Made by a program: the position numbers and the translations under genes
From: Geosiphon pyriformis uo1
Taxonomy: Eukaryota; Fungi; Glomeromycota
Assembly: GCA_016748015.1 (NCBI GenBank)
Contig: JAAOMT010000085.1
Coordinates: 62,001 to 126,000 of the forward strand
Length of the DNA stretch: 64,000 bases
Direction of reading: 5' to 3'
The notes under the pieces: model-generated
Seen by the model: only the letters and a program-made list of their open reading frames with translations
Told to the model about the DNA's origin: nothing
The model's database searches: none
In this document: in pieces, positions 26,101 to 38,780 of the stretch
Numbering within the stretch: the stretch's first letter is position 1
Layout: each line of letters opens with the position of its first letter

Positions 26101-27808
26101 TAACAATTTTCTGGCTGGAATAGTACATATTTTTTTAAACAATAATATTTCTATGGTAAACAATTTGTCTTATGCTTTTTTTAATTCTGGCAAGTATTCT
26201 GTTTCTAGTGTTTTAGGAACTTTTTTGTATTATGATCAGGTTAGTTTTTTAAAGAGATTTGGTGTAGCTTTCTGTGATAGACTTTTAAACAAACATGGTA
26301 AAGTCCTGAATTGGTAAACATTCCAGCATTGGAAAAAACTGGATCTCAAGGGACCTGTGTCTTCTTGGTTTATCTTAGTATCAAAATTCTTGCATAATAA
26401 AGTTCTTCTGTCAATACCACCCAGTTGCAACTCTTTAGTAGATGTCGATAATGTTTTGCTTTTGGATCAATTTTTTGATGTTAAGAATGGTCTACTTGAG
26501 ATTTGATCAGGTTCTATTTCTGTTTTTACAGACAGTTCTTTGAAGAGATTTGGTTCTGTTGATGTGATTGGTGGTGCTGTAGCATTTTTTTCTGAGATTG
26601 AATTGGACATTAAAGTTAGAGTAATGGGTTTTTTGTCTTCTATAATGGCTGAATTGCAGGCTGTTGTCTTGGCACTAGAGTGTGTATCTTTTTCTTGTTT
26701 AGTGAAGATGTGTTTGGACAGCCAAGCTGCTTTAGATGCATGTGTTTCAGAATTGAGATCTGGTGGTCCTGATTTTTGTAATTGTTGTTGAATAAAAAGG
26801 AGGTATATTGCGAATTTGATTATTCAAAAAGACATTTCTGTAAACTGGTTAAAGGTCAAAAGACACTTTGGTGTGCTGAATAATGTTCATGCAAATACAT
26901 TAGCATGCATTTCTGCTTATTTCTTTTTGCTGTTGTCGACCAATATACATAAATGCTTTTTAATGGCCAATGACATGCCAATTTCTGGTAATGTTCAGCA
27001 TTTTGTCCAAGACATTTTTAGATCTGTGAATTGTATGCATTAGGAAGTTGGTCCTGATTTTAAGATTTTAGGTGGTTTTTCAGTTTGTGATATTGACTGA
27101 ATTAAGACCATGGCTATTTGGCATCCAGATTTGAATATGCTGTCTGGTTCCATGAGTAGAAATTTGGCTGGTTTGTGCTCCTATTTTATGAAAACTGTGT
27201 ATGGCAGACTGTCTGTTACAGTTAGAAAGAGACTTTATAACAAGAACTACTCTGGTGTTTTGTGTTTGCACTGTAGAGAAGTTGAATTCTCTGATCATGT
27301 GTTTATATGTAGTAAAGAATCTATCTTCTATAAAGAGATTTTTTTCGAATATGTGTTAGTTTGGAGATCTTTGACTGGTTTTTGTTGTCTGACTCCTTCC
27401 GTAGTCTTAGAATCTCTTCTCTTATATGTGTTTGATATTAGTCTATATGCTCTTCTCTGCAAGAGCTTTGTGCCTATTGAGTGGTTTAAAGAAGCTATAC
27501 AGATATTTGAGGATTGCAAAGAGGCTGTCCGGATTCTGGTTGACTTTGTATAAGATGTGAGTATGCATCACCATTCTGAGTTGTGAGGATTCAGATTCAG
27601 ATTTAGAGCTAACATGGAGAGAAACAACTTGATCAATAACTCAGAAGTGTTATCAATAATACATTGTACCTCAGTGCAATATTTGTTGGATGGTATGGTT
27701 AGGTTAATTGGTATTGATGATTCTTTTGGAATGAGTTTTGGTTTCTGTAAGCCTTGTTTGTTTTTTTCTGGTTCAGTTAATATGGTATCTGTTTATATAA
27801 ATACATAA
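23117..27808 (+). pseudogene. LINE A ORF2 (APE endonuclease, RT, RNase H, CCHC)
   Basis: 'FATYNVRGIN', 'TDHKTV', 'GLDQGEVFSPLL', 'AFVDNT', 'ELQAVVLALE', 'CLHCREVEFSDHVFIC'; many stops at Trp/Gln codons. Confidence 0.92.
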
Positions 27809-29443
27809 TGTCACCTAGATTAGTCTGAATAACTAGTCACATGTAATAAATGCGTGAATTATATCTAGTTGGGGTCTATAGTTTTGACTTTATATACTAG
27901 ATAGTAATTGGGCTGCATTTGTTAAACTGGATAATAATAATAAAAAATTAATTACAAAAAACAAATTTAATTTCAAAAATAAAATTAAGTTAAAAAAAAT
28001 ATGTTATATGTAAATAGTTTTGTATTTGCTATTATTTGTGATTTTTTTGTTATTTTGTTTGATAATATAATATATATGCTTAATATTATAAAAAATATGC
28101 TGTGAGTTTTAATTTAACATAATTTGTTTGTTTTTTTCTGGATTAAAAAAATATATTTTAGTTAAAATAAATAAATAATATAAATTTAAGTAGTTAATTA
28201 CATAAAAAAAGCATGAATCATATTTAATTTAAAATACTTTATTATCATATTGTATTAATTAATAATTGAATTTTACTTATTAAATAAACAAAAAAAATTA
28301 TTATTATTTGTTTTAAAACAAATTTGGAAAAATAAATAAATTATTAATAAAAAATTGGTATTTATAAAAATCAAAAAAAGTGGTAATAATTTGAAACTTA
28401 ATATATTGAAAAATGTGGCATTTTGTTAAGCCACTTGAGATTTATAAGATTAAAAAACCAGCACTTATAATGTTAAGTTTTTGTTTTTTTTAAATAATGT
28501 AGTTTTATTTATCTTAAATAGCTAATTACATGTAAAAAGCATTTATTTTATGTTTTATGCAGTTAGTTTCAAATTAATGTATTTAAATTATTTAATATTA
28601 TATAAAAAATAATAAATTGATTCAAATATTATTTATTAATGTAAAAATTATACTTTTAAATTAAATCACATCTACTCTAATTAAAATGATGTTTACAATT
28701 AAAACAATGACTGCAAATAAAACTATGGTTATAATTAAAATTCACATTTTGAATTGATCATAATATCCTTTCCGGAATTTTCAAAATTGGTTGGCTTTTT
28801 TGTTTTCTATTTTCACTTTATGCAATGCAGACATTTCGTTTTATTCAAAATGATTATATTGTTATTTATGTGGATTAAATCTTCTATTAATTTCGCTTTT
28901 ATCAAAAGTTTAGGTAGCCTGTTCGTTGAGATATTTCGGAAATTCAAGATGAAAATGAGTTATATTAATTTACAGTTTTCTGGTCTGCATCAGAGGCCAA
29001 GATCCTAATATAGCTATTGATGTCTCACGATTGGGTTTAACATCGTCCAGCGTGGTTAAAAATTCACAAGTTTAAATGGTCACTAATAAGTTTTATTCCA
29101 ATGAAAGTCGAAATTCAAGGGTCGTAATTTTCAAAGTCCGCAAAAGCGGTTTTCAAGTAGCTTTCTATTGTTTTGAGAAATTTGTTCACATTGGAACTAT
29201 TTACACTTAATGGAAAACCCCAAAAATGAAGCTAATTATTTATTAAAGGGTATACCGACCGTTCAAAATAGTATTAAGGTGGCATGTATTTGGTAAATTA
29301 TTCTATGCTTTTAAAATTCATTACTAAAGTCCCTTACTGAAAAGCAAATTGTGCATTATATTGACGAATAAAGACTTGATTAGTATTAAAGAATCAAAAT
29401 TAAATTTTGAAAATAGGAGTTTGAACAAACCTTTATAAACAAA

Positions 29444-30244
29444 TCACCCATAATGATGAAACGACGCCCCATGCCCATGTCGTCCATTTCTCGTTCCATT
29501 CCTTTGGTGATTATGGTTATGGGCAGGACGTTGATAAAATCCTTGTCCATTACCGGATGTAAAACCAAACCCACTTTGATCGCTCATAAACATTTGGAAA
29601 AATAAATTAGGGTCGACACTACCAAAGTCTGATGCGCCACTGATTCCATCAAGATCAGCTCCTGAATCATAACGTTGCTTTTTGACTGGATCCCCCAAGA
29701 CGGCATATGCCTCGCCTATTTCTTTAAATTTCATCTCAGCTACAGTATCCCCAGCGTTTTTATCAGGATGATGTAAAAGGGCTAATTTTCGGTAAGCTTT
29801 CTTTATATCTGCTTCCGAGGCGTCTTTAGTTAGCCCTAATATTTTATAAAAGTCCTTTCTTTGGGATTTTTTTAGCTCTAATTCTGCATTATTCAAGGCA
29901 TTACGAATCTCCCGATTATCGCGGTCAAGGTCAAGAGCAGCTTTGAGATCTTGGACCGCTTTTTCATAACTTTCCATTTTAAGATGAGCGTCTGCACGGC
30001 GTCTTAAAACTTTGATAAAAGTAGGATCAAGTTCCAGAGCTTTGTCCATATCTAATATTGCTTCAGAGTGCTTTCCAAGTTTTAAAAGCACTGCTGATCG
30101 ATTAGAATAAAGTTTAGAGTTGGTGCTGTTGTTTCTAGGATCAATATTCAGTGCTGAGGTATATAATTCGTATGCAAGGTCGTATTCGCCTTTCTTGAAA
30201 CTTTCATTTCCCAGATTTTTTTGTTGTTCTAGATTTTTTGCTTT
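29444..30244 (-). CDS. DNAJC7: DNAJC7-like last exon (TPRs, J-domain with HPD at 29762-29770, G/F/H-rich tail)
   Basis: Acceptor tttatag|AAA; in frame with ORF 29444-30091. Confidence 0.92.
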   Translation of the reverse strand, partial: KAKNLEQQKNLGNESFKKGEYDLAYELYTSALNIDPRNNSTNSKLYSNRSAVLLKLGKHSEAILDMDKALELDPTFIKVLRRRADAHLKMESYEKAVQDLKAALDLDRDNREIRNALNNAELELKKSQRKDFYKILGLTKDASEADIKKAYRKLALLHHPDKNAGDTVAEMKFKEIGEAYAVLGDPVKKQRYDSGADLDGISGASDFGSVDPNLFFQMFMSDQSGFGFTSGNGQGFYQRPAHNHNHQRNGTRNGRHGHGASFHHYG

Positions 30245-32899
30245 CTATAAAGTAAATCGAGAATGTAATAGAAATTTTGAAATAATTGCTTTTTCCGAAA
30301 CATTACATAAGAAAATTTATTGGAAATTTTACCCGTAATAAATTTCTTGCTTTTGTATGGTCAGGATCGCAGCGGAGAGCTTCTGTACAATGAGCTAGCG
30401 TTTTTGTATTATCACCTTCTTGGTATAATATTTGCGCTCGTACCACATGTGCGTCTGGATTTTGTGGGTCGGCACGAAGTATCTCGCTAGAAGTGCATAA
30501 ATCGGATCAGCAATTTGTTTATTTTCACCCAAAAATATATCAAATGATTTAAAGGATACCCAGCACATGACCAAGACGTATAAATTTGAGGGAAGTATCA
30601 AGATAAGAATTCGATTCCGGGACCTCGGTCATACAATGAGTTCGCATACTAATGGAGAGCCCGAAGATCGATGATTAATACTCACTTTGCGATTCTTCCA
30701 GCCTCGCCCAAATCTTTCAGCCCTATTAACCCTTCAGCTTTCAAGACCTTCCACTTTAAGGGGATTTCTTCAAGATTCGTAGATGCTCGATCAATATAAG
30801 TAACCGCCAATGCTGGTTGATCATTTTCTAAAAATGTCTCTGCTTGCTGGACATAGGCATGAACATTTTGCACTTGGCGTAATTCGGAAGTAGCCAGACT
30901 ATTATTTGGTTCCATAGAAAGTACATTTGATAAGAGGCGAAAGGCCTCTGATAGATTACCGAGAAGATAATTGCATTTCGCAGCCCGAATTAGAGCTTTT
31001 GTAGAAGATGGATCCAGTAAAAGAGCAGTCTTACAATCGTCAAGAGCAATTTTGGTTTTTTTCATCATCATCAACGCCGCGGCACGATTTGTATAATAGG
31101 TTGGATTATTAGGGTCGATTCCTAAAAGCCAGTGGAGTAACAGGATTAATCTCTTGTTAAGGTTGGCTTTGTTTTAACTATTGTTGAATGATTAGACAAA
31201 TCGAGAAACCAGACGGTAAAAGCTTAAGTTTTTATAGCGTTTTCAATACTATCTTTGATTTAAATAATTTTTTTATCATGACGCGCATAGAATGTGGTTC
31301 TTAGGCTGACAGTCGCGTACCCGTTTGGTTATACAGGAAATTAGAGCTTACCTATTGCATCGGTATATAACTGTACAGCATCCAAATAATTTCCCGCTTT
31401 ATATTTTTCGTTAGCTTGAGTTTTAATGCCCTCTGCATATCTAATACATAGAATGGGGTTATATGGGACCAAAATTAGTAAAGTACATTTTCCTATTTGC
31501 CACACTTCATCTGTCTGGTTGACAAGTTGTTAGAAATATATGATATATATTGACAAATGAAGTTTAATGAAGGAAGAACGTTTCGAAAAAGAATCACAAA
31601 AAACGAAGAAAATGGATTTGTGTTTTGCCTGAAAAATCAAATTGTAGACTCGGAGTATGAGGATATATTTTGAGTTTCTGAGAGAAAATAATTTAATGGT
31701 AAAGGTCGAAAAGTGCACTGTCTGTTGGCTCTTTGACTATCTATAAAGCAATTACCACAGGAACCAGAGAAAGCTTACACTTCTTGGAATACCTCCATGT
31801 CCTCAATGTTGTTTAAGTAGGTATTTTCTGTCGAGTGATCGCGAAACGGCTGAAACTAAGAAATTAAAGGGCAAAAGTTTGAGGTTGGTTTAAAGTCAAC
31901 TTTGAAAATTGACAATTGGTATGAATATTTTTTTAATTCATAATAAAAAAGGAAAACCAAATGGCCACAGGTTACCTGGTCGGGTAAGTACCCTTTGGGA
32001 AGGTTGGTACATACGAAATCAAAGAAGGATGTAGAAGGTGAAAGAACATTTCGTAATCAGCACAAGTTTCCAAAATGAACGTATGATTGATAACCGCTGC
32101 ATGGCATATCTACATAATGTTACATCACGTGTTCAAAAATTCGAGCTTTACCTGGTTTGCTCAAGTTATTTCGCATTTCTAGATAGTTTGGGTTGTTTTC
32201 CTTTAGAAGTGGTGAGGTTTTTGTGGTAAAACTAGTTTTTCTGGGTAGTTCTCGATTTTCTGAATTATTTGGCAACTCCGGGAGAACATGAGAACCTTGT
32301 TGCATCATGTAAGCATTATGATCAGATAAAACCGAAATTTTCCTTGGTCTCTCTTGTAATCGAGGAGTTGGTGCTGGTGTAATGGCCGGGGAATCAAGAA
32401 TCTCGATAATTTCAGCTCCCTCTGGTATGATAAATGGTTTTTTTTCTGAATGTCTCACTTGAGACCGGAATGGTTTATCACGGCTAAAAGAATTGGTCAT
32501 ATTGTCATTAAAATTTGCTGGCAAAACAAACTGTGGGAAAGTGATACCATCAGCAAACTCGTCTGGCGAGGGTCGACGATCTTTGTCGTCATACAAATTT
32601 TCAACTACCCTTTTTTGAGAATGGGAAGCAACTTCCGGCTTGTTAAAGTCAACTCCTACATGTTCGTTGTCCAGCTCCATTACTTCATCTTCACTTTTCT
32701 CTAAATTACCAAGTTCTTGAAAGCTGGGAAAGGAGAAGGTGTACGCTGAAGACGAAAACATGGTGTTTATGTGTTGCCCGCTTTCTCTTAGTGATTCTGT
32801 GGTAGCAAGACGAATTTGTTCTTGTTCGTCGGATAGTAGCTCACTAAGAGATGCTTTCAGAGCTTTCTGAATGTCTTCTTCGTTATCAAAAAATTCCAT
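29444..32899 (-). CDS. DNAJC7: TPR-repeat + C-terminal J-domain co-chaperone (DNAJC7/Tpr2-like); 7-exon model of 771 aa with an N-terminal tandem-UIM extension
   Basis: Exons 32899-32152, 31992-31976, 31849-31779, 31440-31352, 31121-30686, 30486-30333 and 30244-29444 join with GT-AG introns into one open frame (2316 nt). TPRs: '[28 protein letters not shown]', 'YYTNRAAA', 'LYSNRSAV'. J-domain: 'DFYKILG...[16 protein letters not shown]'. The TPR-J core is secure; linkage of exons 1-2 is inferred (alternative ATG at 31798). Confidence 0.82.
30333..30486 (-). CDS. DNAJC7: DNAJC7-like internal exon (TPR)
   Basis: ttctag|c GAG ... CGG|gtaaaa; '[18 protein letters not shown]...[12 protein letters not shown]'. 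Confidence 0.9.
30686..31121 (-). CDS. DNAJC7: DNAJC7-like internal exon (TPRs)
   Basis: ttttag|GA ... AA|gtgagt; overlaps ORF 30682-31074 in the same frame. Confidence 0.9.
31352..31440 (-). CDS. DNAJC7: DNAJC7-like exon (first TPR)
   Basis: tattag|A TAT GCA ... ATA G|gtaagc; phases fit the neighbouring exons. Confidence 0.87.
32152..32899 (-). CDS. Probable first exon: two UIM-like motifs followed by a low-complexity/disordered region
   Basis: 259-aa ATG ORF with host-like composition and intact CpGs; '[14 protein letters not shown]' and '[15 protein letters not shown]'; donor CCAG|gtaaag at 32152/32151. Confidence 0.7.
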
Positions 32900-32989
32900 G
32901 CAAAACTAGAAATTAGTGTATGCGTTTTTGATAGCTGAGAAAGCCGCGACAATGAAATGAAGGAGTAAAATGACGACTTTAAAAAAGTT

Positions 32990-33065
32990 TCATTTAATAT
33001 ATACTCCCAAGTTTTTAAATTAAGATATATACGTCATCGGATTTCAATTTCGATTAATTGGCTGA
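32990..33065 (-). promoter_or_regulatory. Candidate proximal promoter (CCAAT, TGACGT and TATA-like motifs)
   Basis: Minus strand CCAAT (33057-33061), TGACGT (33031-33036) and TATATATTAAA (~32993-33003), 90-165 nt upstream of ATG 32899. Motif match only. Confidence 0.3.
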
Positions 33066-34095
33066 TTAATCCAAGAAAGAAAATAATTGTCTTGGACAAA
33101 TTAACTATTTAAAGAATCATGTAAAGACTTAATCTAAATAAATACATAAATCTAAATTTATTTAATTGAAAAGATATGCACTTTATTTATGTTTATTTTT
33201 ATATGGTCATATAATAAAATTTAAAAATATTATATTACTAAAAGATTCCAATTTTAAATTTTATTTTTATACATTTAATTATTTGTATTTAATTGTTAAT
33301 TAAATTTTTTTTATTAAATTTGTTTTTTGTGGTTGGGCTTCACCTTCAACAGAACAAAAATAAATAATTTTTTATTATTATATTTTTATAACCACAATAA
33401 AAACAAAAAAACAATCTTTATTTTTTAATTTTTAACAATAATATTATTCAAAAAGTCTTTTTAATTATAAAAGCAACTAAATAGTATTTTGCTAAAATGC
33501 TTTTTTTAAGTAATAAAAAGACTAAAAAATCTTTGAGTAAAAGTTTTAGTATTGTTATTATTTTTGTTAAAAACTTAAAAGTTTTATAACAATCTTTTTA
33601 TTATTGTTTAAATAACCAAAATAAAACTCTGGATTTTTTTAATGTTTTTACTAATTTTACATTATTAATACTAATTATAATATTTTATTTTACTTTAATT
33701 GTTAACAGTTTTTTATTTTAAATAATAATAATAATAATATATTTGTAAATCTAATATAAATAAGTATTTGGTTATATTATTTATATATAAATTTTAATTA
33801 ATTATTAACAGTTTTAAAAACAAAACAAATTGTGTTTTTATATATAATTTTATTAATTAAGCTATTAAATTATTTAATTATAAAAATTAAATTAATAAAA
33901 TAAAAACTATATTATTTTTTTCTTGTTTTTTGAAAACATTATTGGTTTAATATTATTATTTTTTTTTTATTAACCCATTTAATGAGTGCAGCCCAATCGC
34001 TATCTAGTACATAGAACCAAACTAAGAGGCTCAAACTAAATGCGACTCACACACTTTCTACATGTAGCTAGCCACTCAAGCCAGACAAGGCAACA

Positions 34096-37000
34096 CTACA
34101 CATCTATAACTACCCACACACTGCCATCCAGACCAGAAAAGAAACAATAAGGCTTCTGACGACCAAAGCTAATAGCAAAGAAATTGGCCAAACCAAGCAA
34201 TCTCACAACACCGTCAGACAAAACCGAAGACACACCACAAGGGAGCCCAGAAACAACACCAACGTCACAAACCAGACCAGCCTTCTCCATCACCATCTGG
34301 TGGCTGGCTCTAGCCAACCATACTTTAGCACAATGTAATCCAACAACGAACCTGACATAATCAACAATTCGAGCAGTGGCCACCTTTCTATCCTCAAAAA
34401 CATCACAAGCCTCCTCATACCACTCCTCTAGCACAAACTCTTTGTACACCAAAGTGTACAGCCCAACATCAATGGAACATTGAGACAAAACCTGCAACAC
34501 AGCAGAAGCAGGAGAACCACCAGCCAGAGCTAACCAACAGGCAGAAGCCTCCGCCAAAATCTCACCATAAATGCCAGACTCATGAACACAAGTAAAAATA
34601 TGGTCAAAGAATTCCACCTCATTGCAAAACAAACACAACACACTAGGGTAGCACTTATCATACAACCTCTTCCTTACCACCACTGGCAACCTCTTGTGCA
34701 CAGCCTTCATAACATAAGTGCAAAGCATTGAGGATGCACGGCTAGTGAACCCAGCAAGCATATGAAAATCAGGATGCCACACCTTCGCCGTGACAACCCA
34801 GTCTATGCAACCAATCATCACATCTGGAACTACATTACAACCAGGCCCAGCTTCCCAACAAGCATAACAAATTGATCGAAAATTATTCCTGACAAAATGA
34901 CAGGCATTACCAGAAACAGCAATACCCTCAGCAACCAAAAAATGTTCACACACATTGGCACAAAAAAAAAAGGAGACCCAAAGGCAGCCCCAGCAGCTAA
35001 GTCAGCTCTCACATTACCAGGAATCCCAGAGTGTCCTTTCACCTTAACCCAACTCACGCTGAGATCCTTATCCCTGACCAAATTGAAAATATGACACCTT
35101 TCCAGCCAGCATTGATTACGGAAATCAGGGGCAACCAAAAACATCTCAGACACACATGCGTCAATGGCAGTCTGGCTGTCAAGATGTAACACCACAGTAC
35201 TTGAAGAAGGAACACACTCCAAAGCCAAAGCAACAGCCTGTAACTCGGCCATAGTAGATGACAAAAGACCACGAACAGTGACACCAATGCTCTTATCCAA
35301 GACCAGAAAGTATGCAGCAGCACCACAGGTGACCTCAGCAGAGCCTGCATTCCTCAAAGACCCATCCGTGAAAACTTCAAAAAAGCCTGACCAAATGTCA
35401 TGCAATCCATCTTTAACTGCAGAAAATTCCCCAGACCCCAAAATGTCCAAACCAAGCTTTTTCGCAGAGCCAACAGAACCAGAAAATAAGTAACCCTGAC
35501 CTTTCAAAAACTCAGAAGAAACCATAAACCAGTGAGGCACAGGGCCACGCGGATCCAACCTTTTCCAACGACAAAAAGTTTTCCAATCCAACAAAACATC
35601 TTTTTTATCAAAAAGCCGATCACCAAAAGTGACACCAAAACGTTTAAGAGATTTGACCGAATCAAAATACAGAGACTTTCCAAGAACAGAGGACAACGGG
35701 AACCAACCAGGACAATGAAATGCAGTGGGGAGGTTGTTCACCAAAGTAAACTCATTGCCCAGAAAGATTTTTACCATCCCAGCCAAAAAATTGTTCACCG
35801 GACTAACACGCAACCTGACTGGAAACTGCAAAGGATCCAAAGGAGCCCAACCAAGAACCTGTAGGTCCAAAAACCTATGTCTAAACAAACGCCCAAGAAT
35901 GCCAAAGGCATTAGAGAACGCCATCAAAGCAGCAATCTTCCCTTCTAACTGCACCTGCTCAAAAGGCTTTAGGCCATACAATGAGGGATGATGCAAAGCA
36001 GCATCAGAAAAATCACGGGAGAGACAAGCCTTAAACCTAAGACCCTTTCTAACTAAGGCATCCCACTTGTGACAAACATTAGACGAGACAAAACTGAACT
36101 GAGTACGATAGCTAACAATAGACTGCAAAACAGCTGACACCAGATAGGAGAATTGTTTGTCTGTAATAGCCTTCCTAAGCACAACATTGACGAAGAAACG
36201 TACATCCGCATGAGCCTTGGCAACACTCGGCTTGGAGAGCTCTTCAGTTGACAAAAAAATACCCAGATACCGATGTGCTTTCCCTTTCTTGGCAATAGAA
36301 ATTGGCTAACCACAAATGTTCAGCGAAGCAACTTTAATGCCCTGATTGATGGGAATAGCTACCGTCTTCTCACTATTGATAGAAATATCATTGATCACAA
36401 AAAATTCACTGGCAATGTTCAGAGCATATTGAGTAGAAGCCTGACAATTTCCAATCCAGATCGTATCATTGACAAATGCACCAGCCAAAAAATATGATGT
36501 CAAACTACCACTGCCCTCAATCCTGCCAGATTTTGAAACAAACTTAGTATCAATCTGGTACCCACACAATTGTTCGTGCCTTTTAATCTCACACAAAAGC
36601 GGATCGTAAAAAATTTTTCAAAGAAGTGGCGAAAAGACCTCACCCTGGTCTAGCCCATCATGCACCTTATAACCACCAGACAAACCAAAGTCAGTCATTA
36701 CCCTATTAACTCTATCCTCATAAATACCACCAAAAAACCTTATGAACCTCTCACACATCTTGACACACCACAAACTAGCTCTTAAATGATGCCACCCAAC
36801 TGAATCGTAAGCTTTCTGCATATCTTGCAAGACCAACCATAACTTCCTATCCTTCTCAATGGCATCCTCAATTACCGAACCGACAGCAAACACCAGAGAT
36901 TGTGTTGACGTACCCTTCAGCACCGAAAAGTTGTCACCCTGAAGAACATTGAACTTGCTACAAGCCATTGAAATATGGTCAGACAGAATCTTGAAAAGAA

Positions 37001-38780
37001 TCTTCCTGGCAGTCTCAATCAAAACAATAGGCCGAGTGTTCATAAGAACTCCATCCCAGTCATAAGGCTTAGGAATCATTGACACCCAAGCCTTCTTCCA
37101 CAAAACAGGCACCATACCATCAGACAAACATTTATTAAACAGCACCAACAGGCACCCCAAAACCACTTCACCACCATGTTTCCATAACTTATTAGGAACA
37201 CCAGACAAATCAGCAGCCTTGCCATTAGGAAAACCACCAACAACAGAAAGTAACTCACCCATACTGATTGCACTCATAACACCTGAAAAAGCATTATTCC
37301 GAACATAGTCCAAAGGCGTGTACTGACAAGCCCAAAGACCAGAAAGCACTGACTGCACGGAGCATTTTCTCGTCCACCCCTCCATTATTCTATCCACACT
37401 GGACTTCACCTCTTCAGGCAACAAAACCAGATCATCATCAACTATCAAGTGATCCAACACAACCTTACGAAAAGGCTTTTCCAACACACTCCTGATCATA
37501 CTACTCTTATCCGAACAGAAATTATCCATGCACTTCTCAATCACCTTCCTAACCAAAGCTTCCTCAGCCAATCTTGACTCAAACATCTTTGACCTCCTGT
37601 AATCTCTACGAACCAATGACAAATGTCTAACAACAACATCAGATTTAACACCCGAGCCAACCAAGTCCTTGAAAGCACGAGCCTTCGCATCATCCAGAGT
37701 CGACCATTTACTCACAAGACAGTCAGCACCCAGCAAGTCACCAGAGCAAAATTTCTTGACAATCTTGGCCACCAACAATTCCAGACCAAAAAACCTAGAA
37801 GAATGTTTGTTTCTCGAACACTTGAATTCACTAAACCAATGCCTCGAAAATGTCACATCAGCAGAATCCACCACAGCTCCCACCAAAACTGCCCACATAG
37901 CATCCACATCACCACATATTTCGGCATCAGAGAACACCTCACCCAAAGACAAAAGTTTAGCTGATGAGAGATCCTTAAACTTAGCCCATCCAACACAGTC
38001 AGCATTCTTGATTTTGAACTTCCAACGATTTTTATTCGCCTGCTTGCGCAAACTGTTCAATTGTATATCTAGAAGCCCACCCAAACCAACTGAAACTACA
38101 ACAGCCTTGTTATCGGTGTCAAAGAAATCTGAAACAGAGACAACTTGATGGCCAGCAACAGCAGTAGACAAATTACTACCAACAAAAATGTAATCAAGTG
38201 TTTTCCCAACCCCTCTCGAATTGCTCCATGTATAAGAATTAGCCAAATGATGACCAACAAATAAATTGACCAAACCTAAACTCAAACAAAACTTGAAACT
38301 AGCACTTTTATCAGATCCATTCTCATTAAGGTCCCCACCCAAGATAACAAAATTGCTGGAGTTGACCACCTTTGCAATGAGGGTGTTAACTTCAGAAGCC
38401 TGACCAAATCTAGCCCCAGAGGAGGCACCAGCATACAACTCTAAAACAGTAACTGAGAGCTTGCTCTTAAAAAGAAGCCGAACAGAAATAATCCGACCAG
38501 GAATCTCCTCCATCTTAGATACATAACGGGCCAAAGAAGTGTTCATAACAATTGCAACCCCAGCCCTCATGAAACCCTTATCCAAGCCAGAAAAAAATAT
38601 TCGCACTCCATCAAATTTATCCTTTATCCACGGCCCAGAAGAGGATCTCAACTTAGTCTCAGTGACAAAAAAAACCATATTTCCCGAGCTCACATGCCAA
38701 CGAACAACATCCGCTTATTTCGCAGGAACATTGATACCCCGAACATTGCATGTAGCAAATTTCCAAACCAAACTACTCAT
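34096..38780 (-). pseudogene. LINE B ORF2 (APE-RT-RNaseH-CCHC, ~1560 codons)
   Basis: 'FATCNVRGIN', 'ETKL', 'GGDLNE', 'LQDMQKAYDSV', 'AFVNDT', 'VFTDGSL', 'WVKVKGHSGIPGNVRAD', 'CLFCNEVEFFDHIFTC'; stops at ~38715, 36618 and 36306; frameshift in an A/T run at ~34970. Confidence 0.95.

Larger units (their letters stand above)
21181..27946 (+). mobile_element. Full-length LINE, copy A (inactivated)
   Basis: TSD ATTAATTACAAAAAA at 21166-21180 and 27947-27961 (A-run length ambiguous); ORF1, ORF2, 3' UTR and (AAT)n/A tail. Confidence 0.95.

Noticed and set aside
21321-27808. Frequent in-frame TGA/TAA/TAG at conserved Trp and Gln positions, suggesting an alternative genetic code
   Set aside because: Stop positions differ between copies, those examined arise by single G>A or C>T changes, and the host gene reads in the standard code.
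27962-28744. AT-rich tract next to the gene island
   Set aside because: Probably another ghost repeat, but I could not match it to any element in the window, so it is left unannotated.
28754-29008. 84-aa ORF in the unique 3' flank
   Set aside because: TTG start, F/I/K-rich composition typical of AT-rich non-coding DNA, no motifs.
31506-31514. Possible 9-nt in-frame micro-exon (ccag|ACAGATGAA|gtgtgg) in the long DNAJC7 intron
   Set aside because: It has a branch-like CTAAC upstream but a weak donor and is not needed for frame; unsupported without RNA data.
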